A DNA stretch of 64,000 nucleotides from Octopus vulgaris (GCA_951406725.2 OX597820.1:21638001-21702000), one strand, 5' to 3'; shown: positions 38,282 to 51,945, numbered from the stretch's first letter. Numbers and translations: made by a program. The notes: a model not told the origin generated them from the sequence alone.

Positions 38282-39825
38282 CCTATTTATTTTAATACGT
38301 AGTTTGAATATCAAGTGTCTTTTCGTTTCATCTACTTTTAACTGTTCTTTTACAGATATTTTATATTATTGGTCAAACCTATTTCTTGTTTTCGTTTTTC
38401 TTGACCTCTTTGCAAATTGTGTTGCGTAAAAGAAATATTTGCCTTATAATTGCGAAGTATCTATTCCATAATCAATTAATATATTTGCATGCGTATGTAT
38501 GTATGCATGAATATATGTATGTGCATGTATGTAAGTATATATATATATATATATCTGCGTATATATACGGAACTGTAAGTGGAGCCTCATAATTATGGGT
38601 TAACCGGTTCATGTTATGCACTAACGCACATCTGTCTGAAATTCCACCATGAGGAAATAGTATTTTCAACACGAAAATATATCTTATATACACTTAAAAA
38701 AAAGTTATCTTTGAAGTGAGATCGTGTTAATTGAATCATCGAAGAAGGAAATCTGCAACTGCACTGCAAACTTGTGGTGTTTATATCTATAAGAAAAATA
38801 GATTTTGTTTTTACGTACCATCTGCTCTAGTTAATTAATAAAGAAATATAAATAACATGCAAATACAATTGTGTTTTACAACAAAATACCATACACATCT
38901 ACACGAAATTGTATTTAATAGTTCACGTTTCGGACCTCATATGAAAGGCAAAGTCGGCTTCGGGGGAATTTGAACTCAGAGCGTAAACACGGACGAAACG
39001 CCGTTAAGCATTTTATCCGCCGTGGCAACGATTATGTCAGCTCTCCGCCTTCTTCCAGACTAATAGATTTATTTTCATATTTCCTTAAGGAAATGAAAAT
39101 TATCGTCTTTGAGGACAAGTGACTCACCATCAGCATGCAGTTTCAATTCTTTAAGGATTCGAACCAGGAACTTAATCAGCCCTTCTGTAAATGAACTCAG
39201 TTGTAGAATTCCTTGCTTTTATAACTTCAGAATGAAAATTTTAAAAATTGATGAAAAATAACCAACTCAGAAAATTGTGACCAGTACTATAGGTAATATC
39301 AGGAAATACTGCATGCACACAATAATTATAATTTGATTTTTATTAAATTTCTTGGCGCTTGTATGAAAGATGAAATGAATACTAAGTTTTAAAAGAAAAA
39401 TATTTATTACCATAAAGTAAAATTAAATAAAAGCTTTGAGGAAGTATTCTCCACCACGCCAAATCGTAGCCTACCGGCAAATAGTAGCCTGTACGAAGAA
39501 TGTACGTTGAGCTGGCAGAAACGTTAGCACGCCAGGCGAAATGCGTAGCCGTATTTCGTCTGCCGCTACGTTCTGAGGTCAAAGGTCGACTTTGCCTTTC
39601 ATCCTTTCGGGGTCGATAAATTAAGTACCAGTTACGCACTGGGGTCGATTTAATCGACATAATCCGTTTGTCTGTCCTTGTTTGTCCCCTCTGTGTTTAG
39701 ACCCTTGTGGGTAGTAAAGAAATATATGTGGTTGATAATGTTTATTAAATAAAAAAAAATATTCAAAAAGTAAAAAAAGAATGAAAAACAAAATTACTCT
39801 CCGCGTCGATTTTATTCATAAAAGT

Positions 39826-40130
39826 TGTTGTTAGTTCCTTCTCAAGCCACGCCTGGCTCATAGGGCCGGTTTCCCGATTTCCTTGGTGTATAGATTCCCC
39901 ACCTGGACGGGACGCCGGTCCGTCGCTGGTGAGCTGCAAGATGCAGGAGGAAAGAATGAGAGAAAGTTGTGGCGAAAGACTCAGCAGAAGTTAGCCATTA
40001 CCTTCTGCCGGAGCCGCGTGGAGTTTAGGCGTTTCGCTCATAAACACACACATCGCCCGGTCTGAGATTCGAACCCGCAATCCCTCGACCGCGAGTCCGC
40101 TGCTCCAACCATTAGGTCATGTGTCTCCAC
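39826..40130 (-). mobile_element. Group A SINE
   Basis: Reverse-complement match to the 17447 copy. Confidence 0.88.
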
Positions 40131-40609
40131 TTATAGAAGTTGATACATTTAAAACATTTCAGGGCGGTGTTCCACCATGGCCACAGTTCAGTGACTTTAT
40201 AATTTACAAAATCCTGTTCTAATACAAAGACACGTCTAAATACCTTTATAGAATTATTCAAGAGTAACTTCAGAAAGAAATGAAGACTGGAACCATGTAA
40301 AGACGATACTTGTATATAAACGTAGGTATGATTGTCTGGCGAGAAGATTTCTTCCTGACATGATTTCGGGTTCAAATACACTACGTAGCACCTTGAGCAA
40401 ATATCTTTTGGTATAGCCTTGGGTTGACCAAGGCCCTTTGGTGGACGGAAACAGAAAAAAGCCTGTTGTATATGTATGTATGTCATTATTCAGTTTTATT
40501 TCAAGATTTCTTGCCAATAAAGAAAGAGCTGGTTTCTAACCAAGGGTTACCAACAGAGTATTTTTGTATGTATGTATGTATGTATGTATGTATGTATGTA
40601 TGTATGTAT

Positions 40610-41015
40610 TCTCTTTTACTCTTTTACTTGTTTCAGTTATTTGACTGTGGCCATGCTGGAGCACCGCCTTTAGTCGAACTAATCGATCCCAGGACTTACT
40701 CTTTGTAAGCCTAGTACTTATTCTATCTGTCTCTTTTGCCGAACCGCTAAGGTACGGGGACGTAAACACACCAGCATTGGTTGTCAAGCGGTGTTGAGGG
40801 TGAACAAAGACACACAAAGATATACACACACATACATATATATACATATATACGACGGGCTTCTTTCAGTTTCTGTCTACCAAATCCACTCACAAGGCTT
40901 TGGTCGGCCCGAGGCTATATAGAAAACACTTGCCCGAGGTGCCACGCAGTGGGACTGAACCCGGAACTATATGGTTCGTAAGCAAGCTACTTACCACACA
41001 GCCACTCCTACCCCT
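40610..41015 (-). mobile_element. Group C SINE
   Basis: Full-length match to other C copies. Confidence 0.9.
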
Positions 41016-41021
41016 ATGTCT

Positions 41022-41731
41022 CATATTTTTTAATTATCATAAATCTTCCACCGAGGAGGGAGCTGGTTTCCAACAAAGACACAAGGCTCCCCCTTTTGGA
41101 TGTAGTTAATACAGACAAATATGAGAAAAGTCTTGCATATTTTTACTGTTCCACTCACAGATTGCACTTGTAATGTACGAATAAGCCAGTCGATTTCTCT
41201 TTCTGAAAATCTCAGTTTATCCAGATTCTCCTGTAAGTATTTACTAACAAAACCTAGTGCTTCAATTATTATTGGTAGGATTATGAATTCATAGTCTAGA
41301 TATAGAAGCTGGAGGTTTCGAAACAGTTGTCTATAGATATCCTGTTTTTCTTTGATTTTCAAAGAGATATTTATATCTGCAGGGCAGCTAACTTCTATGA
41401 CATTACATACCTTTGTCCATCTGTCCCAAACAACAATATCCGGCCTGTTATGCTTACATTTGACAGAAGTTTTGATGGGAATATTCCTCTAGTAATCCTT
41501 GAGTTGGTATTTATGAATGAATTCCATAACAGAGGGATTTTCTAAGTCTATTTCAGGACAGTCTTTCTTGCGGATGGCATTGTAAATTGTTTTAGCGACA
41601 ACATCGTGCCGCATAGGGGTGTAGTACCGTGACGACATTTTAGGACAGCTGCTAATCACATGCGTGATGTCTTCCATAGAAATATGACATAGCCTACACA
41701 TGCGGTTGCACTTTGTGTGTACCTGCCGCAC
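41022..41731 (-). pseudogene. RLE-clade (R4/Dong-like) LINE 3' end: CCHC knuckle and restriction-like endonuclease
   Basis: CRLCHISMEDITHVISSCPKM..RHDVVAK..HNRPDIVVWD..IEVSCPAD..KEKQDIY..LPIIIEALG..GTVKICKTFL; disrupted; 5'-truncated at (TATG)n. Confidence 0.88.
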
Positions 41732-42821
41732 GTATGTATGTATGTATGTATGTATGTATGTATGTATGTATGTATGTATGTATGTATGTATGTGCGTGTA
41801 TGTATGTATGTATGTATGTATGAATGTATGTATGTGTGTGTATGTATGTATGTGTGTATGTGTGTATAAATGTATGTATGTGTGTATGTATGTATGTATG
41901 TATGTATGTATGTGTGTATATGTATGTATGTATGTATGTATGTGTGTGTATGTATGTATGTATGTATGTATGTATGTATGCATGTACGTGCAGATTTGTA
42001 TGTATGTGTGTATGTACGCGTCTCTGTGTTGATGTCTGTCCAACCGGTGCCGTTTTGTTTACGTCTCTGTAATTCAGCGGTTCGGCAAAAACCTTCTGTA
42101 AGAATAAGTACCAGACTTAAAAACTAAAAAAAGTACCGGGGAAGGGGGCAATTTGTTGGACTCCACCCTTCAAGGCGGGGGCCTCAGCAAAGCCGAAGTT
42201 CAATAACCGAAACAAATGAAAAACCAATAGACAGAAATACTATACGCTGTTACATCGCAATCTCACACAAAAAATATGCTAACCCTAAATTTCACACAGA
42301 CAGAAAAAACAAAACCTACAAGTATACAGCTCTAGGAAGGTAACTCGATATCTCATTACTGAATCTAAGTTGTTTACTTTTGCTATGCATGCCATCGATC
42401 CATGTTGTTATAAACGTTGGAGATATATTGAAGCATGCCAACATTTCTGAATTACAAGATGTTCGTAGCCTGAGTAACAACAAATATTTGATGCAAGCAG
42501 ACACTTTATACACACCGAGGTTCTATTTTGCGCGATAAATGTACAGTTCACTAAACAGCAGATTTATATTTTCGCATTTATTATCACCATGGCATCATAT
42601 GACAGATGGGTGACTTCACGCAGACGGAGAAGAGAAACGGGAGCAGATGCTTTGCAACACCTAGCTTTTACACCATTGTTCCCAAACATTTTCAGGCTTG
42701 CCCCCACCACCCTGGCACATTCTCAGGCCACATTCTTAGCGTCCCCTCACCACTCACCATCACAAGCGTAGAATTACTTTTTGTAGCAAATTCAAAACAA
42801 GTAAAACGTAACCTAATTAAT

Positions 42822-43060
42822 TCTATTTCTTTACTACCCACAAGGGGCTAAACACAGGGGGGGGAGACAAACAAGGACAGACAAACGGATTAAGTCATTT
42901 GACTGTGGCCATGCTGGAGTACCACCTTTAATCGAGAAAATCGACCCCAGGACTTATTCTTTGTAAGCCTAGTACTTATTCTATCGGGTCCTTTTGCCGA
43001 ACCGCTAGGTTACGGGGATGTAAACACACCAGCATCGGTTGTCAAGCGATGTTGGTGGAA

Positions 43061-43097
<37 letters not shown>

Positions 43098-43104
43098 ACA
43101 CACT

Positions 43105-43165
<61 letters not shown>

Positions 43166-43325
43166 GACGGGACTCTTTCAACTTCTGTCTACTAAATCCA
43201 CTCACAAGGCTTTGGTCGGCCCGAAACTATAGTAGAAAACACTTGCCCAAGGTGCCACGCAGTGGGACTGAACCCGGAACCATCTGGTTCGTAAGCAAGC
43301 TACTTACCACAAAGCCACTCCTACC
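42822..43325 (-). mobile_element. Group C SINE fused to a group B tail
   Basis: C body at 42894-43325 joins the B tail at 42822-42895 through a shared AGTC. Confidence 0.8.
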
Positions 43326-43567
43326 CTTGAATCTTTCCACCGCCCCCAGGTGTTTAGTACCGCCCACTATGGGACCCACTGCCTTAGACAATGTTCATTC
43401 AGTTAACCTTTATCTTTCATTTGTTACAGTCCTTTCATTTGTTCAACTGCGGCCATGCCTAGGCACAGCCTTGTGGGGGTCGATTTGATCGACTAAAGGC
43501 GGTGCTCCAGCATGGCCGCTGTCAAATGACTGAAACAAGTAAAACACCATATATATATATATATATA

Positions 43568-43687
43568 TCACCGTGATCACCGTGACCGACCAGGCTATCA
43601 GATGTTGTTACACATCGCTGGTCACAATGTGCTTCGCATTGTTTTAGCCTTCAAATGACGCCACCCCGCTGGCTAAGCGAGCAGGCC

Positions 43688-43689
<2 letters not shown>
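43568..43689 (-). mobile_element. Short retroposon 3' fragment in (TA)n
   Basis: GC-rich 120 bp between TA tracts with a repeated TCACGGTGA tail; [13 protein letters not shown] is weakly RTE-like. Confidence 0.4.
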
Positions 43690-43741
<52 letters not shown>

Positions 43742-43779
43742 TCTTTTACTTGTTTCAGTCATTATATGACTTGCTTCAG

Positions 43780-43830
<51 letters not shown>

Positions 43831-44607
43831 CATATTTTGCGATTCAAGCTGATAATTGACTTCACAGTGCATTCCTTTCGAAAAAACATAAATATCAATA
43901 CAACTAATTAATTAGCAACAGATAACACTCGTTAGTATGATACCAAAAAAAACAAAAAAAAAAGTATAAGATAGTTGGTGCATGATAAATTTACTTCAAC
44001 AATGTGTAAAAACTTATACAGTTTTTACAGCAATTGTCTTTATTTATTTATTTATCTATCTATTTATTCATTTATTTATCTATTTATTTATTTATTTATT
44101 TATTTATTTCAAACCTCTTTACTAGAATCTGCTGAAAGCTGTACCACCACCAGTTTCTTGGTATTTTTTCTCGTTTGCTTTTCTTTCTGTAAAATGCATC
44201 AATTTTCCACTCTACCCATTGTAGACAGATTTGCAAGGCTGTGTGCAGATTCACTGACCAATATTATCTCCAGGCCATTCTGCCAAGTCTTCCTCATTCC
44301 AAAGCTAAAGCTAATACACTGGAATATCAAATTACTGTGTCTACTTTTTTGGAATTCCAGTCAACAGAAAAGATAAACCTAGAACTTCTTAAATGCTTAT
44401 TATCTCAGCCTGAAAAACAAATGCCTTTCATCGAGCGTGTTGTCTTTACCTACGTAGAGAACAATGTTTTACTTATGCGCTCTGCTGCCGCCGCTACTTC
44501 TACCACCTCTGCTACCACTGCTGTTGTTGCTGCTGCTGCTGCTACCATCATTACTACTGCTGCTGCTGATGCTAATACTACTGTTACTAATAATGCTGCT
44601 ACTGTTG

Positions 44608-44701
<94 letters not shown>

Positions 44702-44702
<1 letters not shown>

Positions 44703-45098
44703 CCTTTCTACTTGGACCGCAAAGTCTCGAATTTGGGGGAAGAAATTAAGTCAATTACATCGACCCCAGCGCGCAACTGGTACTTATTTAATCGACCCCG
44801 AAAGGATGAGAGGCAAAGTCGCCCTCGGCGGAATTTGGACTCAGAACGTAGCGGCAGGCGAAATACCTATTTCTTTACTACCCACAAGGGGCTAGACACA
44901 GAGAGTACAAACAAGGACAGACAAACGGATTAAGTCGATTATATCGACCCCACTGCATAACTGGTACTTAATTTATTGACCCCGAAAGGATGAAAGGCAA
45001 AGTCGACCTCGGCGAAATTTGAACTCAGGCCGTAACGGCAGACGAAATACCGCTAAGCATTTCGCCCGACGTGCTAACGTTTCTGCCAGCTCGCCGCC

Positions 45099-45099
<1 letters not shown>
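44702..45099 (-). mobile_element. Group B SINE, dimer-like, between (AAT)n tracts
   Basis: Same tail-to-GTATTTCG junction (~44862-44870) as at 14480 and 17225. Confidence 0.88.
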
Positions 45100-45193
<94 letters not shown>

Positions 45194-45206
45194 AAGAAGA
45201 ATGCTT

Positions 45207-45239
<33 letters not shown>

Positions 45240-45272
45240 TAAAATTTAAATTCTCTTTTATACAGTCTAAGC

Positions 45273-45573
45273 CAGTGTTTCTCAAACTCTGATGTGGTGT
45301 ACCGGCAGGTTTTTTGTCCCAATGTACCAGGGACCAGTAATATTTCTTAGTAACATTAATTTATACTGGAAACAAATATATATAATGAATATACTAAAAG
45401 TTGACAATTTTTTTTTATTTTATATATATTTTGTAAACAAATAATACAATATTACATAAGCATTTATAAGCATTTTATAATGTGTCTTTCTTTTCTGGAA
45501 ACTTAGCGCGTACCGGCAGCTGACGGCTCGCGGACCGGCATCGGTTCGCGGACCATCGCTTTGACTAGCACTG
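45273..45573. mobile_element. hAT (Charlie-like) MITE
   Basis: CAGTGTTTCTCAAA..TTTGACTAGCACTG imperfect TIRs; 8-bp TSD GTCTAAGC/ATCTAAGC. Confidence 0.82.
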
Positions 45574-45829
45574 ATCTAAGCGACATTTTTTCTTTTATGA
45601 GTGATTTGCTATACATGCTACAAGCATATATCAACTCACTTTTGAACGATATTGGGGACATGTAATCCTATATATGGTCGGTACGTCAGCGGCTAAACCA
45701 GCAAACCTCAATGGGCGCGAAACTGGTAGTGTAGAAAGTGCATCGTTGGTAGCGATTGAGATTAACCTATCCGAGTCAGATTTTTGGCTGCTATTTCCAG
45801 CGTGGCGGTATCTCTTAGATGCCCTAAAT

Positions 45830-45882
<53 letters not shown>

Positions 45883-45935
45883 GTTTAAATATTTGTTGTG
45901 CAAGATTTTTTATGTGAAGTCGTGTGTTGAAACAG

Positions 45936-46451
45936 ATATTGTTATATTTTGGAATGGTCATATTGCCAGTTTTTTTCTCGATTAGATTTATTATTATTAT
46001 TACTAATATTGTTGTTATACATACATACAAGCATATGTAATGATAATAATGGGTGGATGTAAACACATGAATAAAATTAGAACAAAAGCAACAACAACAA
46101 AAACAAAATACAAATTACAAGAATGTATATAACCAGAAGATACAAATATTACAGGCATCCCCCCCACACACACACTAAATAAACATAGACGCACATAGAG
46201 ATATAAGCATGTGCAAATGAAGACATACAATAGAAATACAAAATGGCTGACGGTTAGTAAGGAGAGACACAAGTAAGTGAGAAGAAAACAAAGGACCACT
46301 GATGCGGTCACAGGAGTGTGACGAAAGAACTTTGGCCGAAATAAGATTAAGATTAATGTAAAAAATAAATATCACTGAAGCAAAATAACACCAAATATAT
46401 AGTGCGTGTGTTTTTATTGGCTAAACTGGCAATATGACCATTCCAAAATAT

Positions 46452-46458
<7 letters not shown>
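45936..46458 (+). mobile_element. PLE-type element with 36-bp tail-out inverted ends and a hammerhead-like motif
   Basis: IR at 45936-45972 / 46422-46458; GACCA CTGATGC g GTCACA-ggag-TGTGAC GAAAG aa CTT TGGCC at 46294-46337. Confidence 0.6.
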
Positions 46459-46497
<39 letters not shown>

Positions 46498-46590
46498 GAT
46501 TCAAATAAACAATCAGTTAAAAAGCCAACAATATAATTAGTGGACAACAGGGCGTACACAAGGAATGCATTGATCGGTGAAAAGAGACAG

Positions 46591-46623
46591 TTTGACGTTT
46601 CGAGCATAGCTCTTCGTCGGAAT
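46591..46623 (-). ncRNA. Minimal hammerhead-like motif
   Basis: Minus strand CCGACGA-A-GAGC-tat-GCTC-GAAACGTC; U4C variant and weak stem I. Confidence 0.5.
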
Positions 46624-46694
46624 AGAGAAAGGGAAAAATTCAAAGAAAGAAATCAGCAATAGCACGTGTGTAATCACATTGCTGAAATCACACG

Positions 46695-46751
<57 letters not shown>

Positions 46752-46754
46752 GCA

Positions 46755-46830
<76 letters not shown>

Positions 46831-47438
46831 GGGTTTAGTAATTAAACTATAGTATCTATTACAACGAAAACCGAAAGATAATACATTTGGGTTACGATAA
46901 AAAGAAAAGGAAGATATTTCAGGTTAGTGTTATACGAGAAGGAAGTTCTATTTCTTCATAGATAATTAGTTGTGTGAAAAATGAGAGAGAAGCGGAAAAA
47001 TAAATTTATGATATAAAATTTATACATAGATTAAGATACCCTTTTACAATAATCCTAAATTATTTTCTTCCCAGCGAAAATTACTGCAGACTGCCGTTAC
47101 AACAGCTGCAGTTACTGCGTACGCCATCTCTCAGTGGTTGTTTTATATAGAGATGTAAAATTTTGGCCAAATTCAGCGATGCGTTTCAATATGAGCTCCT
47201 TGGTACAGATCTGAGCAGTAGTTTACTCCGTCACGTTTATTCGCAATCGATGTCATACGTTAAATGCTGGAGTGTTACAGATGTTGTGAATTTTTGTAAC
47301 ATTGTAAGCTATTGGTTGTTCATTTCTATTGTAAGGAAGCGAATCGTCTTATTAGGAGTCAGGTCTTTTATTTGTTTTCGATGCTGTAGTAATGTTAATG
47401 TTAATGATGTGTGTGTGTACATACATATACATATAGAT

Positions 47439-47763
47439 CGAGCATTCCGTCGGTTACGACGACGAGGGTCCCAGCTGTTACGATCAATGGAACAGCCTGC
47501 TCGTGAAATTAATGTTCAAGTGACTGAGCAATCCACAGACACGTGTACCCCTAACGTTGTTCTCAGGGAGACTCAGCATGACATAGAGAGTGACAAGGCC
47601 GGCCCTTTGAAATACAGATACAACTCATTTTTGCCAGCTAAGTGGACTAGAGCAACGTAAAATAAAGTGTCTTGCTCGAGGACACAACACGTCGTCGGGA
47701 ATCGAACTCACGACCTTACAATCGTGAACCGAATAACCTAACCACTAAGCCATGCGCATTCAC
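47439..47763 (-). mobile_element. Group A SINE (head 2-like, tail ..ACCGACGGAATGC)
   Basis: Tail shared with 3715 and 57900; head related to 2446 and 12425. Confidence 0.85.
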
Positions 47764-47991
47764 AATATAGATAGATATACATGTACATATATGTGTGTAT
47801 GTATTTATAACTGTATATGTATCATACTGTATACGCACTGCCAATAAGCTAATTACTGAGGTAATTTGTCCTGAGACAATTACCTTGTGGACGTGCAATG
47901 TTAAAAACACAATAAATACCAGAGTTAGTTGAAAATTCAACCCACAAGCCCCCAGCGAGAACGCCTGATGCATTTCCGCCATGTCTTTCTC

Positions 47992-48235
47992 TATGATGAT
48001 GATGATGATGGGGGTGACAACGACGACAATGATGATGACGACGACAACGATAAGGATGATGATGGGGATGATGGTGGCAGTGGTAGTGGTGGTGGTGGTG
48101 GTGGTGATGATGATGATGATGATGATGATATGAAGGAGGAGGAGGGGAAGCTGGAGCAGGAGGATGGTTGATGTGATGACGCTGAAGATGATGATGACGA
48201 CGACGACGATGACAATGATGATGTTGATTATGACG
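47992..48235. repeat. (GAT)n/(GAC)n/(GGT)n low-complexity tract
   Basis: Direct inspection. Confidence 0.9.
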
Positions 48236-48990
48236 ATATATCAAATTGAGAATGAGAAGCACCAGGGTAAAAATTAAATAAAAAAAACAAAACAAATACA
48301 GATTCAACAGAAATGCAGGGAGCCCACAACGCTTGCCTTACGCGTATTTGGGGCTTTTCATAAACGAAATCCATTTCACTGTAAGTAAAACAACACAGCT
48401 TTGAAAGTCCTTTCCGTTGCTGCTTTGCCGGTTCAATAAATCTTTATGATAATGAACTTGGTTCATCATATTTGTAGATTCAGGAAATAAAGCGGAAATA
48501 CTAACGCCAACAACGTCCCTATAAGAATGCCCGGTAACGTTATACAACGGCTAACACCACGACGACCACTGCATGCTTTGCTCTTCACCGCTTACAATGA
48601 TAGGGTGAAGAATTTGGGGGAATTTCCTTTCTTGAATGTCAGTGCCCGAGGCTCATATTAATATATTTATATTATAAATATATACATACGAACGTGTAAG
48701 TGTGTGTATATGTGTGTGTACAAATTCCTATGTATATACATACATATATACATCCATCCATCCATCCATCCATCCATACATACATACATACATACATACA
48801 TACATCACTCATAAGGTATTGGAGTCTTATATGTATACCATTCTGTCTCAAAAAATGGATCTACAAATGTAATATCCGTACATATCTCACGTCTATTTTC
48901 TTTTTTTTTATTTTATTTTATTTCCTCCACCTCACTCTCTGTCTTATATCTTATCTAAATTAACTATTTCTTAAACCACCCTCTCACACC

Positions 48991-49035
48991 GTCTCCGATG
49001 AAGGGATATAACAGATATCCTGGAAACAGCCGTAG
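48991..49035 (+). ncRNA. Hammerhead-like motif, paralog of 51431
   Basis: GTCT CCGATGA A GGGATAT-aacag-ATATCCT g GAAAC agcc GTA, then runs into a B SINE. Confidence 0.55.
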
Positions 49036-49470
49036 AATCGTTAGCAAGCCGGATAAAATGCTTGGCATCATTGTGTACGTCGTTACATTCCGAGTTCAAA
49101 TCCTATCGAGAACGACTTTGCCTTTCATTCTTTCTGGGTCAATAAGATAAGTTCCAAACAAGGAACGCATTGTGCCTACATTAGAAATGATCAGTGCGTT
49201 TCATTTCTCGCCACTTGAGAACCGATACAGGGTTGTTAATGTCCCCGTTACTTAACAGCTCGACTAATATAAGACTTATAATGCACATAAAAATCTCAAA
49301 ATATGGGCTGGGCCTGACTTGGTCGGACTAAAATCAATCCAGCAGAATGGTACCTCAGCATGGCCGCAGTCTAGAAAGTGAACCAAGTTAAAGAATAAAA
49401 ACGATCTGTACGTCGACTGTGTTTAAATAGATGCGTGCGGATGTGTGTCCGTAACATATGTGTGAATGCT

Positions 49471-49502
<32 letters not shown>

Positions 49503-49508
49503 CACACA

Positions 49509-49598
<90 letters not shown>

Positions 49599-49748
49599 TG
49601 AGTGAATTATCCTATGTTTATCGTTAGTATGGAAAATTCGTTTAACCGAAACCTGTGTAGCAAATTCACGTCAGAAACTCGGTTGAAGCGACCTGTCCAA
49701 GGGTAGAAACTCCGGGTTCATGTGCAGAAATTTGTGTGTTGTATATGA

Positions 49749-50382
49749 ATAAATGAAAGAATGGAATCGAACGAAGATGTTAACAAAATTCCTTTACTCT
49801 CGACATATGTTTCGAAGACAATATGTTTTCATTCCAAAGGAATAAAGGGTGCATTATGCAATCATCTCATCAGGGAAGAAAGGGAGCCTCTCTCGACAAC
49901 AAGACAAACAAAAATTTCGATGACTGCCTACATGGTAAAGAAACGATAATGAGTGTTTTTTATAAAAACCGTTGGAAGAATTGACGTCAAAGATAGATAG
50001 CATGAAGAGAAGGGTTAAAGGAATAATAGGTAGGGAACAAGTGGAGAGGGAAGGGTACGTTGATTGAAAGAATGTTCGAAGGCTTAGGAAAGAATTTCGC
50101 TATTGAAGTGGGGTGGACGTAAAGTTAATTGTTCAAACCACAGTGACTATCGTTATCATTTATATGAGTAGAAAGTATGTTTCTGCCAGTGTTTACATTT
50201 GTATGATTTTTCTATGAGTGTGTTTACTAGGGGAACCTTAGAGAAGAGAATATGGAAGAGTTCAGAGTTGCAAATGTTACAAAATCTCCTGCCCTTATCA
50301 AAAGGAAAGGATACAGACAGTATGAAACATATGTCGAGAGTAAAGGAATTTTGTTAGCATCTTCGTTCGACTCCATTCTTTC

Positions 50383-50388
<6 letters not shown>
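49749..50388 (-). mobile_element. 5'-truncated Penelope-like element: ORF C-terminus, hammerhead and 65-bp tail-out inverted repeat
   Basis: Minus 50323-50156 encodes ILSVSFPFDKGRRFCNICNSELFHILFS..LVN..E..YKCKHWQKH..*. HHR CTGATGA..GAAACatatGTC at 49797-49878. IR 49749-49813 / 50324-50388. Confidence 0.85.
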
Positions 50389-50438
<50 letters not shown>

Positions 50439-50593
50439 GAATATACTTGTGTCTTTCGGTTGTAAATTGCGCATAGCTACCCTAATAATTTATAATTCTC
50501 ACTCCATTTTCGGAATCACTCAACGTTTCCTGTAGTGTCCTCTATAAAACTGACAAGGTGAGTTGAGTTTTTAGCACTCGGCGACGGAATAAT

Positions 50594-50643
50594 GGGTCAA
50601 TGATGAAGATTAATCATATCTGAAATCATCGATGATATGAGTC
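50594..50643 (+). ncRNA. Hammerhead-like motif (C3A variant)
   Basis: GGGTCA ATGATGA AGAT-taatcat-ATCT GAA ATCATCGATGAT A TGAGTC. 12-nt palindromic stem III, AUA site; lies between TA tracts. Confidence 0.58.
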
Positions 50644-51257
50644 CATCTTACTTGCCATAAGGTGCTTGTCTCCCTTGTCAGTCGTTAGATAAGTGCTCTC
50701 AAGTGGCAAAGAGTTGTTTTGACTCTTATTTCTAGCAATGCTGGTGCTGAGTAACATCCTCGGTCACTTTAGTGACAACTGTACTTATGCCTTTTTGTTG
50801 TAAATTGCGAATAACCACCTTTATATCTTTATATATATATATATAAGAATACAAAAAATGGGACAAGAACGCAACAGGCGACAAGAAAACATCCAGACAG
50901 TTAGATGATTGAAAAAGGGAAAAGATAAAACAAGGACGGGTCATTCGGAATTTTCTTTCCTCAGTCGAGTTCCAGATCATCTTTGCAGTGTCGGTTGGTT
51001 ATATTCGAGATTGCTCCCATCTGGCTAGCCCCAAGGAAAATCTAAGCTAAGAGCACCAGATTCCTTGGAAGAAAGCAGCGTATGTATACAAAAACAAGGA
51101 CGGGAAAAGAACGGAGAAATGGTACAGAAATACAAATGCAAGCAACAGGACACACACACACACACACATACATATATATATAAATAGATAGACAGATAGA
51201 TAGATATATACATATATATATGTACACACACAAACACACATATATATATATATATTT

Positions 51258-51296
<39 letters not shown>

Positions 51297-51304
51297 AATA
51301 TGTA

Positions 51305-51346
<42 letters not shown>

Positions 51347-51430
51347 CGCACGCATATTTTCATTTTCTTACTTCCCTCTGTATTTCATATTTTCGCTACA
51401 ATATTTAATACTCAAACATTTTCTCGCACC

Positions 51431-51478
51431 GTCTCTGATAAAGGGATATATAAAATATCCCGGAAACAGCTGTAAGAC
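51431..51478 (+). ncRNA. Hammerhead-like motif (G8A variant)
   Basis: GTCT CTGATAA a GGGATAT-ataaa-ATATCCC g GAAAC agct GTA AGAC. Perfect stems I and II, palindromic ACAGCTGT. Confidence 0.65.
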
Positions 51479-51552
51479 CTTTTCTATATAAATGCTCTGA
51501 AAACTATTTACAGCTTTGGATTTTTTATCTCATTCTGTCAATTTACACACAC

Positions 51553-51600
<48 letters not shown>

Positions 51601-51607
<7 letters not shown>

Positions 51608-51748
51608 GCGTATAAGAAGGGATGACCACTAAGTGGACATCCAATATGCTAGAAATAGATCACCTACGATCTAACCTTTGTGGTTAGATCGTATTTCTAG
51701 CATATTGGATGTCCACTTAGTGGTCATCCCCTCTTATACGCATGTAAT
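51601..51748. repeat. Near-perfect ~148-bp hairpin adjoining (TA)n
   Basis: ~70-bp arms with a 5-nt loop (TTTGT) and a 9-nt bulge in the left arm. Confidence 0.9.
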
Positions 51749-51847
51749 ACAATATTTTCTGAATTTTCAGATTTTTCTGTATGCTAGGCCACTGGTTTTA
51801 AATTGATAATAATTAAATTAATATTCAATTTATCACCCTCATTATTT

Positions 51848-51933
<86 letters not shown>

Positions 51934-51945
51934 TGTGTGTGTGTA

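Noticed and set aside
44241-44933. 230-aa ORF
   Set aside because: Made largely of (GCT)n/(ACT)n/(AAT)n repeats and an antisense B SINE; no recognisable domain.
47849-48307. His-rich and Asp/Gly-rich ORFs
   Set aside because: Translations of trinucleotide low-complexity DNA.
50846-51150. TA-flanked repeat fragments here and at 37845-38010 with CTGAGGA/CTGAAGA on the minus strand
   Set aside because: The motif order and stems do not fold into an HHR by eye; left unclassified.
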